From: Massalongia carnosa
Lineage: Eukaryota
DNA length: 64,000 nucleotides
NCBI GenBank assembly: GCA_965645245.1
Contig: OZ287084.1
Location: forward strand, 992,001-1,056,000
Direction of reading: 5' to 3'
Both the position numbers and the translations under genes were made by a program. This document shows, piece after piece, positions 40,368 through 53,385 of this stretch. Numbering within the stretch: position 1 is the first letter of the stretch; every line of letters begins with the position of its first letter. A model generated the notes under the pieces. That model was not told where the DNA came from and searched no databases. It saw only the letters and a program-made list of their open reading frames with translations.

Positions 40368-43300
40368 CTAGTTCCGTTTGAGACTTTCGCCGCCTACGCC
40401 ACCGGCACGTTTGGTCCCGCTGGCACGCTTGTATTTTCGGGGGTCTGTTGGGTTTGTGAGAAATGTTGGGGGGGGGGGCGGCGCAAGGATTAGGTAGGTA
40501 GATATGATATTGGCAGGCAGGCAGGGTGTGGGAGAGGTTGGAGGATAGAGAAATAGGGGATACAAGATGTATGTATATAAGAAGTAAGAGGGGGAGATAC
40601 GGCTCGAGATGTGAAAGAAAGATGCAAAGAATGCCCGCGTACCTTTCCGCGACATGCGCGCTTTATCCCTCGTGCCCTTGCCCCCCTCCCAGAACCCGCT
40701 GCCCTTCTTAGCCACCAGCACCGAATGGCAGACTTGGCAGTCTTCCGGGCGGTAGTTTTGCTCGCGTGAGCAGAATCCGCTGTTTCCAGACACGTAATCA
40801 ATGAACAAGTTTTGGGGTTGAGGAAAAGGGGGAAAGGGTGGATGGATGGACATTGGAGAGGAGAGGAAGCTTACCAGATCATGCGGTTTGCATGCTCGTT
40901 TGGGTGGTCGCTTTCGAGGTCGTGGCATCTGGACGGGCGGGGTGTTACATGGTTTTCAAGAACCGGATGTGGTGAGAACTTAGGGTTTGTGGGGGTTACA
41001 CCGCGAGCAGAAGGGAGGGAGAGACAAGGAGAGATGATGTAACGCTCACTTGTCGCACGCAAACACTTGGGAGCAGCAGCTGAACCTAGAATGGAAACCG
41101 ACTCGGGAAGAAACCATTAGTTTAGGTGAACGCTGGTCGGATTCGAAGCTTGTGGAGCGCGATGCGCGACCAAGGGAGCGTACCTGAACCAACGGTAACT
41201 CTTGCTGTAATGGGCGCAACGACCACGCCGTGGAAGCTCTTCCCCGGCAACTATACCTAGCTTCTCTTTGGGCTGGAAAGAAAGGGAGGAGTCAGTTAAC
41301 CGCGTCGAGTATCAGTGGGAGGAGGCTACTTTTTTTCTAGGTGGAGCACGGTTCGCTCTCACTAGATAGAATTGCAAGTTAACTTGATTTCCTTGAAGAT
41401 ACCTCGAATCCTTCAACGGGTGGCCGGGGAAGGTTTTGTAAACAGGGGCCCGGAGGTTCAATACGTACCTGCAGCGGTGCTTACTAGCAAAAACTTGACT
41501 TCGGGTATCTTAAAACCTAAGCCACACGTCAGTATGCACTTTCGATAAACGTTTAGTCGTAAACCGGGCCCACATACTCATCTTCTTGTGACATTCTCGG
41601 CATACTGCGGTTGATGAATCCCCCCTGACGGAAACGACCCCTGGGATGGGATACGATGTTGAGCATTCCGAGCACGTAGGGATGAAATGGCTGAATACTT
41701 AGTGCTAAGAGGTGTATTGATTCGATAAATCGAAAATCTTACCTTGGCAGCATATCCACCACTGTGCATCCATCCAGGTCTAAGTAGCCCGCGCGGACAC
41801 AATGGGCGTGCATCAGCTCCCTTCGGTAACCTACACAACTTATGAGTTTTTTATTTACCACCGAACACGTATCAATCCTAACCTATGTTTAATTTGTTTG
41901 CACATTTCTTGCAGGACTCCGAACGACTCCCTGGATGATCTGCGTTGCCACTATTTCGGAGATTGCTCACGTTCATGGTGTCCCTGCAACGCTCGCATTT
42001 GATCGTAACGCAAAGTGAGATGAGCTCGAGGACCTCGATGCTATAGAGTTCGAGAAAGGGAAAAGAGAGCAGTACGCCACGCTCTGGACCTGACGGCGCT
42101 GATTCAGGGGCTAGATCGGTTGCATTCTCTTCATCTATCCCATCGCTGAACTCGTCCCCTGAGCCAGACGAATCTGAATTTTCGTGACCAGTGCCGTCTG
42201 CTTCGTCATTCAAAGCCCATTCCGGGGGTCTGGGGATAACTTTGATATGGGGGTGGTCATCATCTTCGAGCAAGGCTGCGGATACCTTGGTTGCCTGCGA
42301 GGCAGTGATGTCCATGCTTCCCATCTCGGAAATATCTGGCTTATTGATATCGGCTTCCTCTCTTGGCTCTGTGGCTAGGATATGCATATCCATGACCAGC
42401 GAATTCACATGGGCCATGAGACTCCTTGTCCGAAACTCTTTGGCTCTTCGCTCGAAGCCTATTTCCGCTGTTCGTGAAGCATCTCTAGACACTCCGAGCA
42501 ACTCAACTCTACAATGTTCCAGTGGGTAAAGCATCGGAACAAACAGTCTCACCGTCTTTACAGCTTGCAATGGGACAGGGAGCTCTCTCATTTTCCGTGG
42601 CTCTATCGGAAGGGTATAAGCTATCCCGTCAGCAGACTTGGAGAACAGCGGAAGTCGCCCTAAGCGGGCTTCTAGCTGACGAGTTTCGGTCGCGCGACGG
42701 GCCTCAGCTGCAGATCTCTGCTCACTCGAGTATAGCTGAGGTTTCAGCTCTTGGAAAGGCTTTGCCGTGGCCGATACAGCCGATTGAGGCTTTTGCCCGG
42801 TTTCCCGCGTCCGCTCGGGGTTCTTGACGGCGGGATTGTTGCGGATGATTTTCACCGTCTCGACTTTTTGTTCGCCGAGTAAAGACTCAAGCTGCTTGTC
42901 CAGGGAGTTCATCAACCCTAGCAGAGTCGCGGGCGACGACGTCTCCGCCAGATGGGTAAACCTGCGTTCCACGTTGATCTGGTAGCCTCGGTCCATTTCT
43001 TTGTTCTTGACCTCGAGGGATGGCATTCCACCCTGTGGATAGGTTGAAGGCACGTGAAGCACGCACTCGAGTCCGACCATCTCAAAGGGAAAGTCAGGGT
43101 CCGACGGGACCATTTGGAACGCAAAATTCGTGCCATCCTCCTCAGCCTTCTCGATGGGAGCGAAGCGGCGGCGTAACTGCCGGATCTGGAATTCCCTTGG
43201 GTCTTCCACCTGCGCACGCGATACGGGCTTTGGGACCACTAAGTCACTCCGGACAGGCGGCGCCACGTACTGACGGCCTTCCTGCACCGGCACCGATGGA

Positions 43301-43812
43301 CCTTGGCTGATGGGTTTCTACGGGCCCTTCAACATGAGTATCGCCCATGTCCACTCACCTCCAATCTTTCGACTCACATGCTGAGGACGATCCTTCGGTT
43401 GCGGCGCATTGCCCGGGCTGTTTACTCGGGACTGATCGTGAATCCAGGGACACGCATCGCCATTCAGGCAGCCTAGAGTGTGTGTAAATAGTCATGAGAC
43501 GCGCTAGAGGTCAAGGCAACTCCTTAGGTGCAGAAGCCAGTTTGCCAATGAAAAAACAATATGATCATCCAAACGACACCACCCACGCAAACCCAATCAC
43601 ACCCAAACGCCTCCATTTTCATGAGGCTGCAGCGGAGACATAACGCGACAGGAAAAGCGACCAATTGCCGTACCTCGTCTGGTCGCAAAGAAGCGACAGT
43701 GAAATTGCTTCTTCGGTGGCGTAGAAGACGAATCTTTTTAGGGGGGGGCACACCGTTCGTCAGCGTGACCGGTTCCTTAGTTTCTGCCAACGCATCACAT
43801 CTTACCATCCAT
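40368..43812 (-). CDS. CCCH + CHY-type zinc-finger protein (multi-exon)
   Basis: MD|DSSSTPPKKQFHCRFFATRR|GCLNGDACPWIH (CCCH); central PSDPDFPFEM domain; C-terminal GEELPRRGRCAHYSKSYRWFR|FSCC..CHDLESDHPNEHANRMI|CGFCSREQNYRPEDCQVC..FWEGGKGTRDKARMSRK|DPRKYKR (CHY). Confidence 0.88.
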
Positions 43813-44770
43813 CGCAACTGGAGCGTGTTCTTCCATTCTCTATCAATCAGATTTTCCGCGTAAGAAATGCGATGGAATCAAGAAGGATGGAAGCTTTCAA
43901 AGCCGGGCGTCCAATGAGTGAGCTCACCTCTCTTGCTCAGAAAGTGGGATGGTGAAGTCAGACGGGGAGGGGTTCGAATTCGAGATTGGGTGGGGGATTG
44001 TGATTTTCCTCTTTCAGTCGTCGAATTATACGTGGTACTCGGTACATGTGTTTTTGAAAAGCACCATCATTGACTCATCCAACGCTAGTCCCATCAATCA
44101 TCACCCCCACGCTTGCTCTGTGATACTTGCCCCTTTTGCTTTCTCTCGCTTCTCGTCGGATGACTCATACGCTCGCACTGAGGCTCACGCAGCGACTCAC
44201 GCCTGGACTCTCCATCCCGCGCGCTGATATCAGTTTCAACGCAGGGGCGGCGGGGAGGATGCACATTCCACGCACGATCGTAGTTTCTTTCCATCCATGG
44301 GGAAAAGCAGTACTTCTGCACATAATGTTGAATCCTTTGCAACGTCATCACAGAGTACACCCTCCGCATCGTCTGTATGTTCCACAGACGTTCACCCAGC
44401 CGGTGACATCGTGCTACGCCGTACCGGGTACGTCATTAACCACGTCGGACCCTTGATTTGTTGTTCGTACAGAGCATAGAGTACAATTAAATGTTGGTCT
44501 GACGACGAAAAAAAGAAAAGGAGCTTTCCCCTCTCTCTTCCTCGCTCCCTCCACCCCCATCATCTCTAGCCTCTCTCCCGCCCTACAACACCCCCTTAAC
44601 TAACCCTAGCTGTTGCTGCTCGAGTAACTCGGTCAGCAAATCGTTCACCTTGTCCACTATGATGTACAGAGGTACGGAGCACTACGTCAAGTACCGAGTA
44701 CGGCGTACCTCTTGTCATCGATCCCCACCTTCCGCATCCATCGATCCCATCACTTTCTCCTTTTGGTGCT

Positions 44771-44800
44771 CCGTACTCGGTACTCGGTACTCGGTACTCG
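44771..44800 (+). repeat. GTACTCG heptamer tandem repeat (x4)
   Basis: ccGTACTCG GTACTCG GTACTCG GTACTCG read directly. Confidence 0.85.
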
Positions 44801-47107
44801 AAATTTGACACTTGAAATTCGACACTCGAAACTCACTAACCCCCTGCTCTCCCTCGTTCCCCCCTCTCTCTCCCTTACAGAGTACCTCGGTACTCGTACA
44901 GAGTGCTCCGCGTCACGTTCACACTCCCCCTCCACCTCCCCTTCCATCCGCCCTACCACCCGCACCCAAGGCGCCGCGCTTCCGGTCTCGGCACCCCCCC
45001 TTCCTCCTAATCTCCCGACGAAAAAGCCATGTCCAGTTTTTTGTAGGTAATGTATGCATGCGTGCATGGGCGCATGCATCTCACACTCATGCATGCATCT
45101 CGGTTCCAACAAAATCAGTGAGACTCGCGGCTGTTGGTTGGGTCGGTTCGTTGGGCGTCGGTCTTTGCCCTTCCTGGGATTATAGCTTGAAAAGCTTAAG
45201 CATGTTCCAAATATGACAAGAAGCTGACCCGATGGAAATAACGGAGGGATGGTAGTACGTACGGAGTACGTACTCCGTACCTTCAGTGATGCGGTTTCAA
45301 ACTCGTTGTGCAAAAACGACATTCGTCCGGTTTCGGCTAAATTCCTACCTTACTGAGTTGCTTGCATATATCTACAACTTTCTCAGATGGTGTGGTTACA
45401 TACAACACGAATCCCATTCATGACAACGGTAACGACAACGACATCGACAACGAAACCAGAGAGATTGATCGCAAGCACAATCGGAATGATGCTCCCCCTT
45501 CCTCCCTCCTTCATGCAAATCATCTTTCGTCATGCTCGCGTGCAGATATCAAATATCAGAGATCCCTAGTTACTCGTAGTTATCTAAGATAACGAAACGA
45601 TAGAGCTCCAACCACCCAAACGGAAGCTCGAGTTCATGCTGCGCTGCCCTGCGCTGCGCTGAACTAACCGACTGACTGACTGACCGACCTCCAGTTCGTA
45701 ATTAGCTGTCTCGTCAGCTCTTCCCGCCCGGGTCGCACACGTACGCGTACCAACCTACCATGCTATAGCTAAAGTGCCCTGATATAACCGTTTCCTTCCC
45801 GATAGAGCTTTTCGTAACCCCCCAAAAGAAACAAGGGTACATGATATAACAATAAGTTCTCGTTGCTTCGGTTTCAAATGTAGATACCTAGATAAGTTCA
45901 ATGTATCTTTCTCTTGCCCAACCTCCTTTCAACCTCCCCCCCCCCTTTATCCTATGCACGCGCGTACGTATGCAACGTTTTGAACAGCACATAATACATA
46001 ACTGAGAAAGGTAATTTCTGCCTTTGCTCAACATCCATCCATCCATCCATCCATCTATCAGTTATTTCATCAATTCATCCACCAATCAAACATGAAATAA
46101 ATAAATAAAGGGGGCATAAGACTCGCGGAGTATGTATATGAAAAACACTAAAATACTTCTATAGATATAGGGCACCTAAAGTACCTAAAACAACCCACCC
46201 ACACACAAATAGTTAAGCAGTTCGGCGCAAAAACCTCCATAAACAAATCAAAATGTATATGAAAGCAAACTCGCAAAAAAGAAAATTGCAAAAAGAGAGA
46301 TGGTGATGTTGATGGTGATGCAGAGGAGAAGGAGAGGACATACGTATGTACCTCGGTATTCGGTAACGATTGAATAAATAAAAAAGTAATCAACCAAGCC
46401 CATACGGAATCAAAGAGTAAAAGAAAGGTATATAAGTAGGACTCTGCAGAGTGATTGAAATTAGAATCGTCATCATTTTCTCAAAGCGTTTGAGATTAGG
46501 GTGCATTTGTAGCGGTTCAAAAGGAGCAACCGACTATACACTACCAGTAACTAGTAGTAGCTAAGGCAAGGTAGATAAATACCTCGTTAAGTGGTTCCAG
46601 GAAACCTCTGAAGCTAGCTGCATACATGTCTTGAGGGAGAGACCGAAACAAGGTAGGAAGATAGAGTGAGGGAGAAACGGAAACCACCCCATCAATGCCA
46701 ATTGCACCCTTTCCCTCCACCCCACCTCGGCACGAAAGCGGGTCTCAACAAGCCAACAAACATAACCTTGCGTCAACCATGGTCTGTTCGGGGCCTAGAG
46801 CAAGAGTTGTGGTATCATAACAAAAAAGAAAAAGAAAGGATATCAATGCGAACAGCACATTGAAACAGCCGTCCGCTGATTTTCAATTGCCAGCGCCTGA
46901 AGGTAAAAACGGACCACGCTTCTGCGCCTATGTGACAGGGCCTTTCCATGTGCAAAAGCTCCGATGCTACCCCGCTGCGCTATGTGGTTGAATGCACCAT
47001 AGAATCCCGCTAAAGCCAGAATGCAAGAAAATTTATGTGCTGCGAAAGTATGTGCAGCAGATTGACAATAACGGCCGACATATCGCCAGTTTCGAGTTGA
47101 TCACAAA

Positions 47108-48813
47108 CTACCATCCAGCCTGGTGGTACTCTCCAAGCCCATGGTCGAAATAATGATTCCATGAATTGTTCCTGGAGCCGTCCCTGGAAAGTTGAGCCGT
47201 CTTTTGACCTGGATATTCCTCAAGGTTCGTAACGTCATGAGCGGTGTGTCTTCGTTTTAAAACCGCATTGGCAGTGATGCTCTTTTGTTGCCGCTCCCAA
47301 AGCAGATGCTTCCTTAGAGATTCGGTGAGTTCGGTGGCCAACATGTTCCGGCGTGTCGTTCGGGGTGACAGAGCCGGAGGATGTGTGTTGGAAGTCGTCA
47401 TGATGATGGGTTTGGAGGATGTCATCTTAGAACCATACATTGTGATCGGATCCTGTTCTTCGTGTGAAGTGCCGGTTGATGGACCATTACGCACAATGGT
47501 TCGTGCTCGTTGAAGAGCAGGCGATGATCTAGATGCCTGGGTGGCGAATTCGGTGGCTCGATCAGATTGGTTCATAAGAGTTGTAAGTAGTGATCTCCGC
47601 GATACAAGATTTGGTTTGGAGTCTACTCGTTTGAAGAGGTTTTTGTCGTTGCCCACCGTTTCACCGCTGTCTGAAACGGAGTCTTCCCAATCTGATCCAT
47701 CATCGTCCTCCTCTTCATCTTCTTCGTTAGCACTTTCAGGCGCATCTTCTTCGTCATCTGACTCGAAAACCTCCTCATCAGCAAGTGATCGGTGGTTGAT
47801 GGTTCGCAAATCAACTTCGTCTCGAAAAGAAGTCTGTTTCTTTGAGTTTAAAGGTCGTTTGAGGCCAGCTGTTAGTGAGCTTTGATGGGGTTTACACGCC
47901 ATTTGATCGTCAAAGGAGCTGTCTTCTTCGCCTGAAGAGCCACCAAGCAAGAACATGCCTCCTGGCTTGGACTCCTCGGCCTTTGCGTGGAGAGATACTT
48001 TGGTAGGGATCGGAGAAGGTGCTAAATGGGTATGCGAGCGCAACGAGGACGAAATATGGTTTGGCGAAAAGCCACGTACAACGCTGTGGCAAATGGAAAC
48101 CTCGGCGCTTGTGTCAGACCCTAATCTTGGCGCTGTGCTGTTGTCACTCTCAACGCTACTCATTGGCGCTGTTGAGGAGGACGACTCGGAAGAGTGGAGA
48201 GGCACATGCACAGTCGGTGAAGCTGGCCGAGGTGTTATGTCGGTAGACGGTAAAATAGTTGGGACTGCGTCGGCTATTGTTGGCGATAATGGCTCCAAAC
48301 CCTGTTTCTCCTTGATCGAGTAGACCATCTTCTCCAGACCCAACGACGTTATATGCTTCTCTCTCCCTCTACTCCTGCCTTGCATAGAGCTGAAATCCCG
48401 TGACAAATGGGACTTGATGTTGACAGGCGCTGTTCGTTGGTGGTCCTTGACGTCTCCTGTCAGATCCGACGCGATTGAGTCAACACTCGCTGAGAGCTCC
48501 GGGATATCTTTGCTTCGAGGTCGTGATCGTGAAAAATCAATGGCCGGTGTAGTCGCCAGGAGAGGTTGTGACTCGCAGCAGAGCGTTTCTCGGTTCCATA
48601 TCCGCCAGCTTAAGTTCTCAAGCCGACGACCATTTTCCATTGACTCTGCACATTTAGAGAAGACTATCAACACGGTTAAGGTTGTGAATGCCGGAGTGAC
48701 AAGATATGCTCACCTGTCCACATGCCGAATAGATTCTCCACGTTCCTAGTGTCGACCTTATGCATTTTGCCAGCATCGACCGAAAGCATCGGCGTTGCCA
48801 ATCTGATCGGCAT
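47108..48813 (-). CDS. DUF1752/DUF3295 protein (Mks1-like regulator; 2 exons)
   Basis: MPIRLATPMLSVD..VENLFGMWT|VFSKCAESMENGRRLENLSWRIWNRE (DUF1752); FKRVDSKPNLVSRRSLLT, SPRTTRRNMLATELTESLRKHLLWERQQK, YHQAGW (DUF3295 C-terminus). Confidence 0.88.
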
Positions 48814-51800
48814 TGTGTCAGAGTGCAGGCGCCGAAAATTGTGAGTTGCCCACAAGGTCTTTGGACAGCTCCGAGCAAGTTCAAATAGTAAGGTTGTTTA
48901 TCCAACAGCTGGTGGGGTAGGTAGGATGATCGTGTCCACGAGGAGGGTGTTGACCGAGGTACACTCCTCTCTTCCGAATATTCGCGAAACTTAGATTACT
49001 ATGTAAGTAGGATGTATGAGTAATGAGCAATTGGCGAAAAGAGATTCGGCAGATGGATAACGAGGTCGTAGATGATGGTTTAGTAGATGTGTTTGAAGAT
49101 GTTAAAAGTGATCTGTGGAGAATTTGACGAAGGATAGTTGTATTGATGAGCGACTGAGAAAAGTGTTGTCATAAGTGTTGATTGATTGTCGGGTGCTGGT
49201 TTTTCTGGAAGAAAACGAAAAAGGCGGGTGGTCGAGACGTTTTTGTCTCCTAGGATCGAAAAACGGATGGATCGGGACAAGGGCGAATTAGAACTCGAGT
49301 TTCGGGGGATCCAAAATATAATACGAAGTAATAACTAAGATAATAGAATGATAAATACTCCAACAGGTAGTGTGGGTACAGATAGTAGGCAAGGGATGTA
49401 CTCTGTACTTGCTGAGATAGGGATTAATAAGTCGAAGTTGCCTCAAGGTGCGTGGCTACATGTGTGGTGTATGGTGTGTCTTCTCCGTGGTGTTATTGCC
49501 GCTTGCTGCACGCACGCCGCGATTACGCCGGTGCGTAAAAGGCGCTGACCGATGCTGACGCAATTGTAATTGCTGTTTGGACATATGTTGGAAGGAATAC
49601 TTCTTTGAAACTTGTTTAACAAGATGTCCAGAATGCTTTATCAATGGATCAAGGGTAAACAGTCTACCAGTACTCTGTATATATTCACTTGGTGGGTTGG
49701 GGGAAACATCACTAGTGCTTTCGCACACTCGGCCGATTTACGTTGAGATCCGGGTATTACTGCCTTGCCCGATTCTCTCTAGATCCTCCTTTTGAGCTGA
49801 GGAAACAGGCACGAAGGAAGATTCTGATCACAGAGTTTGAGGCTAACTACGGGGAAGAGGTAAAAGGTGGAACGGCGGTAAGATTTCTTCTCAGGTTCAG
49901 CAGCGAAGTGGTACCCTTTCCAATCTGATAGGACGATTCTTAGGTCTCTCCTAGGTCACTTCTTGCCGGGTGCGAAGCCGCTTGCACCGGCCGCTGGAGC
50001 CACGCCAGGGGTATGGGGAGACGTAGAAGTTGACAGAAGTGGAAAGCGCTCTCCTTACCTCGAAGTCAAAAACGATCCATTTTCTACCTCGTCCTCGTGA
50101 AGGGGAGTACTGCACTTCCCAGACCACTCAAGGGGTTAGGAGAGAACAAGTTACAAGGATATACGCTTTCTTTCGTCCCTGAACGCAGAGGGGGTCGAAG
50201 GCATGATGCGTGTGGACGATATAGGGGCTCTTCTGGTCATCACGTATTCGATAGTTGTAAAACAACTCATCATATCAATCTACCTACGTAGACTACCTCG
50301 TGAGGGAACGTGATAGAAAAACCCCCACACTTGCTGACGTCCCACGGATAAGGTGTCCCAAATCACGAGCAAGTCAGTCACACACCCGTGAACACGGCAG
50401 TGTGATAAGCCACACAACGCCACCAGCTAGATTCATCCCTGGTCCTTTCTCACTTTGACATCATCCCTGCACAATGATATGTCACATGCCAAATGATGTT
50501 TTGAGCGCTTGTGCACGAAGGCTGAATGTGAACAAGCAGAATCGAGGAATGAGGTATAATGGTCGATGCGAGTAAGACAGTTCAACGATAGGAAAAAGGT
50601 ATTCTCATTCTTGATTTTATTCCAGTGTACTGTTCAAACCAACCCTCAATTACGAGATGACAACTTTGATAATACAGCATACGGAGTCCCTTAATTGCCA
50701 CGCGAACGCATCCATTCCATCAGGCTAGTTCGAGTTATCTTGACACCCAACCAAAAGTCCAAATAGCCAAACAACAACAGGTTATGGCTGAGACATCTGT
50801 AACGGAAATAATGTTTAAATCTTAATATCAATAAACGTTGCGTTTGGGATTCGTTAACTACTCGAAAAGAGGAATGGCGATCAAGAAACTTGGTGACATG
50901 GACACAGTTACATTTGTGGGAGTGTACTTAGCTATTCTCATAATGGGCATTCATATCTATGTCATTGGGTCCCAAGATTTCCGACTGGCTGAAGCTTGAT
51001 CGTGAATTACGATAGCGAGTCGCAAGATGCATTTGCATTGACGACCCCATTGGCATGGTGGTCTCATCATCTTAAGAACTTAACAAGTAGCGTTAGCATA
51101 CGCTCTGTCCTTAAGCATTTCTCACATCCGTGAGTCAGACACGCGCGACATCGCTCAGGCCGAGTGAGTTAGAAGTCTGAAATGAATGACAGCCTGACCA
51201 AAATCGCTTATGCGTGCAATCTGTAATTGGTAAGAGTGGTGGTGTTGCAGCGTGCCAGACGGTCGCATAGATCGACAACATCTCATGTGACGATTTCTCG
51301 GTCATCGACCTCCATTCTTGCGAACCACCGATGCTCCGCCGCTCAAGAAAAGAAGGCTGTGCGATGTGTGATATTACATAGGACAGCGTGGTTGGAACGT
51401 GACACGAGGCAGAAATACGGACTACAACTTACTGTTGGACTCGACTTGCTACAGAACTATTCTGTACATTTGTCTGTCATTCTATGTTACCACTTCTTTT
51501 TCACCCGCTTTCTTCAGGTCAGCGGTTCATCTGTGCGCTGTCAGCCCTTCTTGCGATCACGGATATAACCCCCACGATCAGCGCAGTTGGTAAGTTTCAG
51601 CATACAGTTCAATGGGTTATGTCTACGAAAGATACACTCGTGTTGACCTAAGTTTTCCCATCAGCTGAAGAGCCTACTGATTTCGGCATTCTTATGTCAG
51701 CCACGCGATCATGATTAAGGCAAATTCCACATTAAGGTGAACACTTTGCATGCCGTACATGATGACATTCGCTTGCTGGGACACAAGGCGTGCCTTCACC

Positions 51801-52259
51801 TGCGCCTGGAAATGAGCCAGCTTAGACTAAGGGAGTGTTTGGGAAGGGACGGGGAAACGCGGAAGATGTCTCCCGAGATCCTAGGAGGAAATCCTGCTTT
51901 GTCCTAATTCCCATGGATCCAACTTAAAAGTCACTTCCATCAATTGAATGAATCTGGGGAAACAGGGCTCGGGTGCATGATCGACGAAAACCGCGCCTCC
52001 AAGTTCCCACTCTGCACCTACCCATCCGTAAAAGATCTACAGACTTGGTTATGCAGAGGCTCGCCTAAACCCTTGTCCAAGAAAGACATCGAAGGTCAGT
52101 ACCGCTGTCATTTGTTGCACATCAACAGCGGTGAATATTTGACTTCTCACCGCTGCTTGTTTGCCGCTGAGCTGTGATCATTCAGCTTGGAAGGGCCCTC
52201 ATACAATAGTACCCAGGAGCCCACATGAGTATCCAATATTCTACGGAGAACTCTGTACT

Positions 52260-52920
52260 GTGTAACACTTCCATTATGCGTGACCCCTGCACAGGCTTCA
52301 AATGCTTTCCTCTGGACCCTCGTTGCTGGGTCAGTCAAAATTAACCTGTTGTCTGATCATCAATTATCCCTACCGCGACCATTAGCATAATGTCCGACCG
52401 GCAACCAAGTCAGGTTCCTAGGCCCTATCGAATAGACTCGTGGCCTTCTTAGTCCCGACTCCACGTTGTGTTTCGGTCCGTGCCAGCCATTTCCTTCCCC
52501 TTAACTCAACCTGACGGTACCTCTAAGTCACGTTCCCTAGCGCCGCCATGCCAAGATACCGGACATCGGATGGCCGGGTCCTTCCTTCCTTACCGTAAAG
52601 TGCACATTTGGAATCCTGAAAGTCACGCCTAGTTTCTTAGGGGTGACGGACTATCGGGTTCTCGGATCCACGAGGGAATTATTCCGAAACGGTCCGTTCG
52701 GACTGATCAAGGCAGGGCTCGGCCCACGAGTAGAGACACTAGATTTCTGTGCTGGATTATCATCACCTGCTTCGGATCGGTTTCAGATGGTTTAAGGCTG
52801 TAATATTACGGGACTGTGCGATCGTCAAAGAAATCTCATGCAATTCATTCGATGAGTCATGCGTCCGAACTAGATTGCGGTACTGATAGATGTAGATTAA
52901 CTACACAAGAAATTATCATG
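52260..52920 (+). ncRNA. ORF-less hairpin-rich sequence, copy 1 of a putative structured RNA/element family
   Basis: Hairpins such as GTCACGCCTAG..TTAGGGGTGAC and CCGAAACGGTCCGTTCGG. Colinear short motifs shared with 57317-58026 (-). Boundaries approximate. Confidence 0.45.
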
Positions 52921-53385
52921 AAAAAAAAACTAACAATAAAACGGTAACTTTTCTTATGAAAATTATAAACAATTGTAGATCATGATTGCATTATCTTGAT
53001 TTCCAGTTTATTTTATGCTTCTCAAGCTTCGAACAATAATACATTGAAGTATATCTGATTTCGTCTTATTAGTTTATCAATAAACTTTTCTCCGGAAGTA
53101 AAACTTATCTCATCCGAGGAAGAGATATCACAGTCGTCGACTAGTTTCATGAGTCTTTCTGAGACATTATTCTTGTCAAATAAGTTGATTGTCACAATAG
53201 GAGTTCAGAAACTCTATTCATATAATAGAAAAATATTTGACATGAAGTTTATTCGATCGAGTTATTCTGATTACTCGTTATGTTCGACGCTCGAATCCGA
53301 TTCGACGACATAATTCGAAATTTAAAGATAAAATTAGAAAATATCTTCGGAAATTGTTCAAATAGATATATGATTATGATTATAT

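Noticed and set aside
44590..44615. Telomerase RNA template or telomeric repeat (CTAACCCTAG)
   Set aside because: Single imperfect match; no recognisable pseudoknot or CR4/5 domain.
43949..46863. Short ORFs in the long intergenic region
   Set aside because: Low-complexity translations, no domains and no consistent splice pattern.
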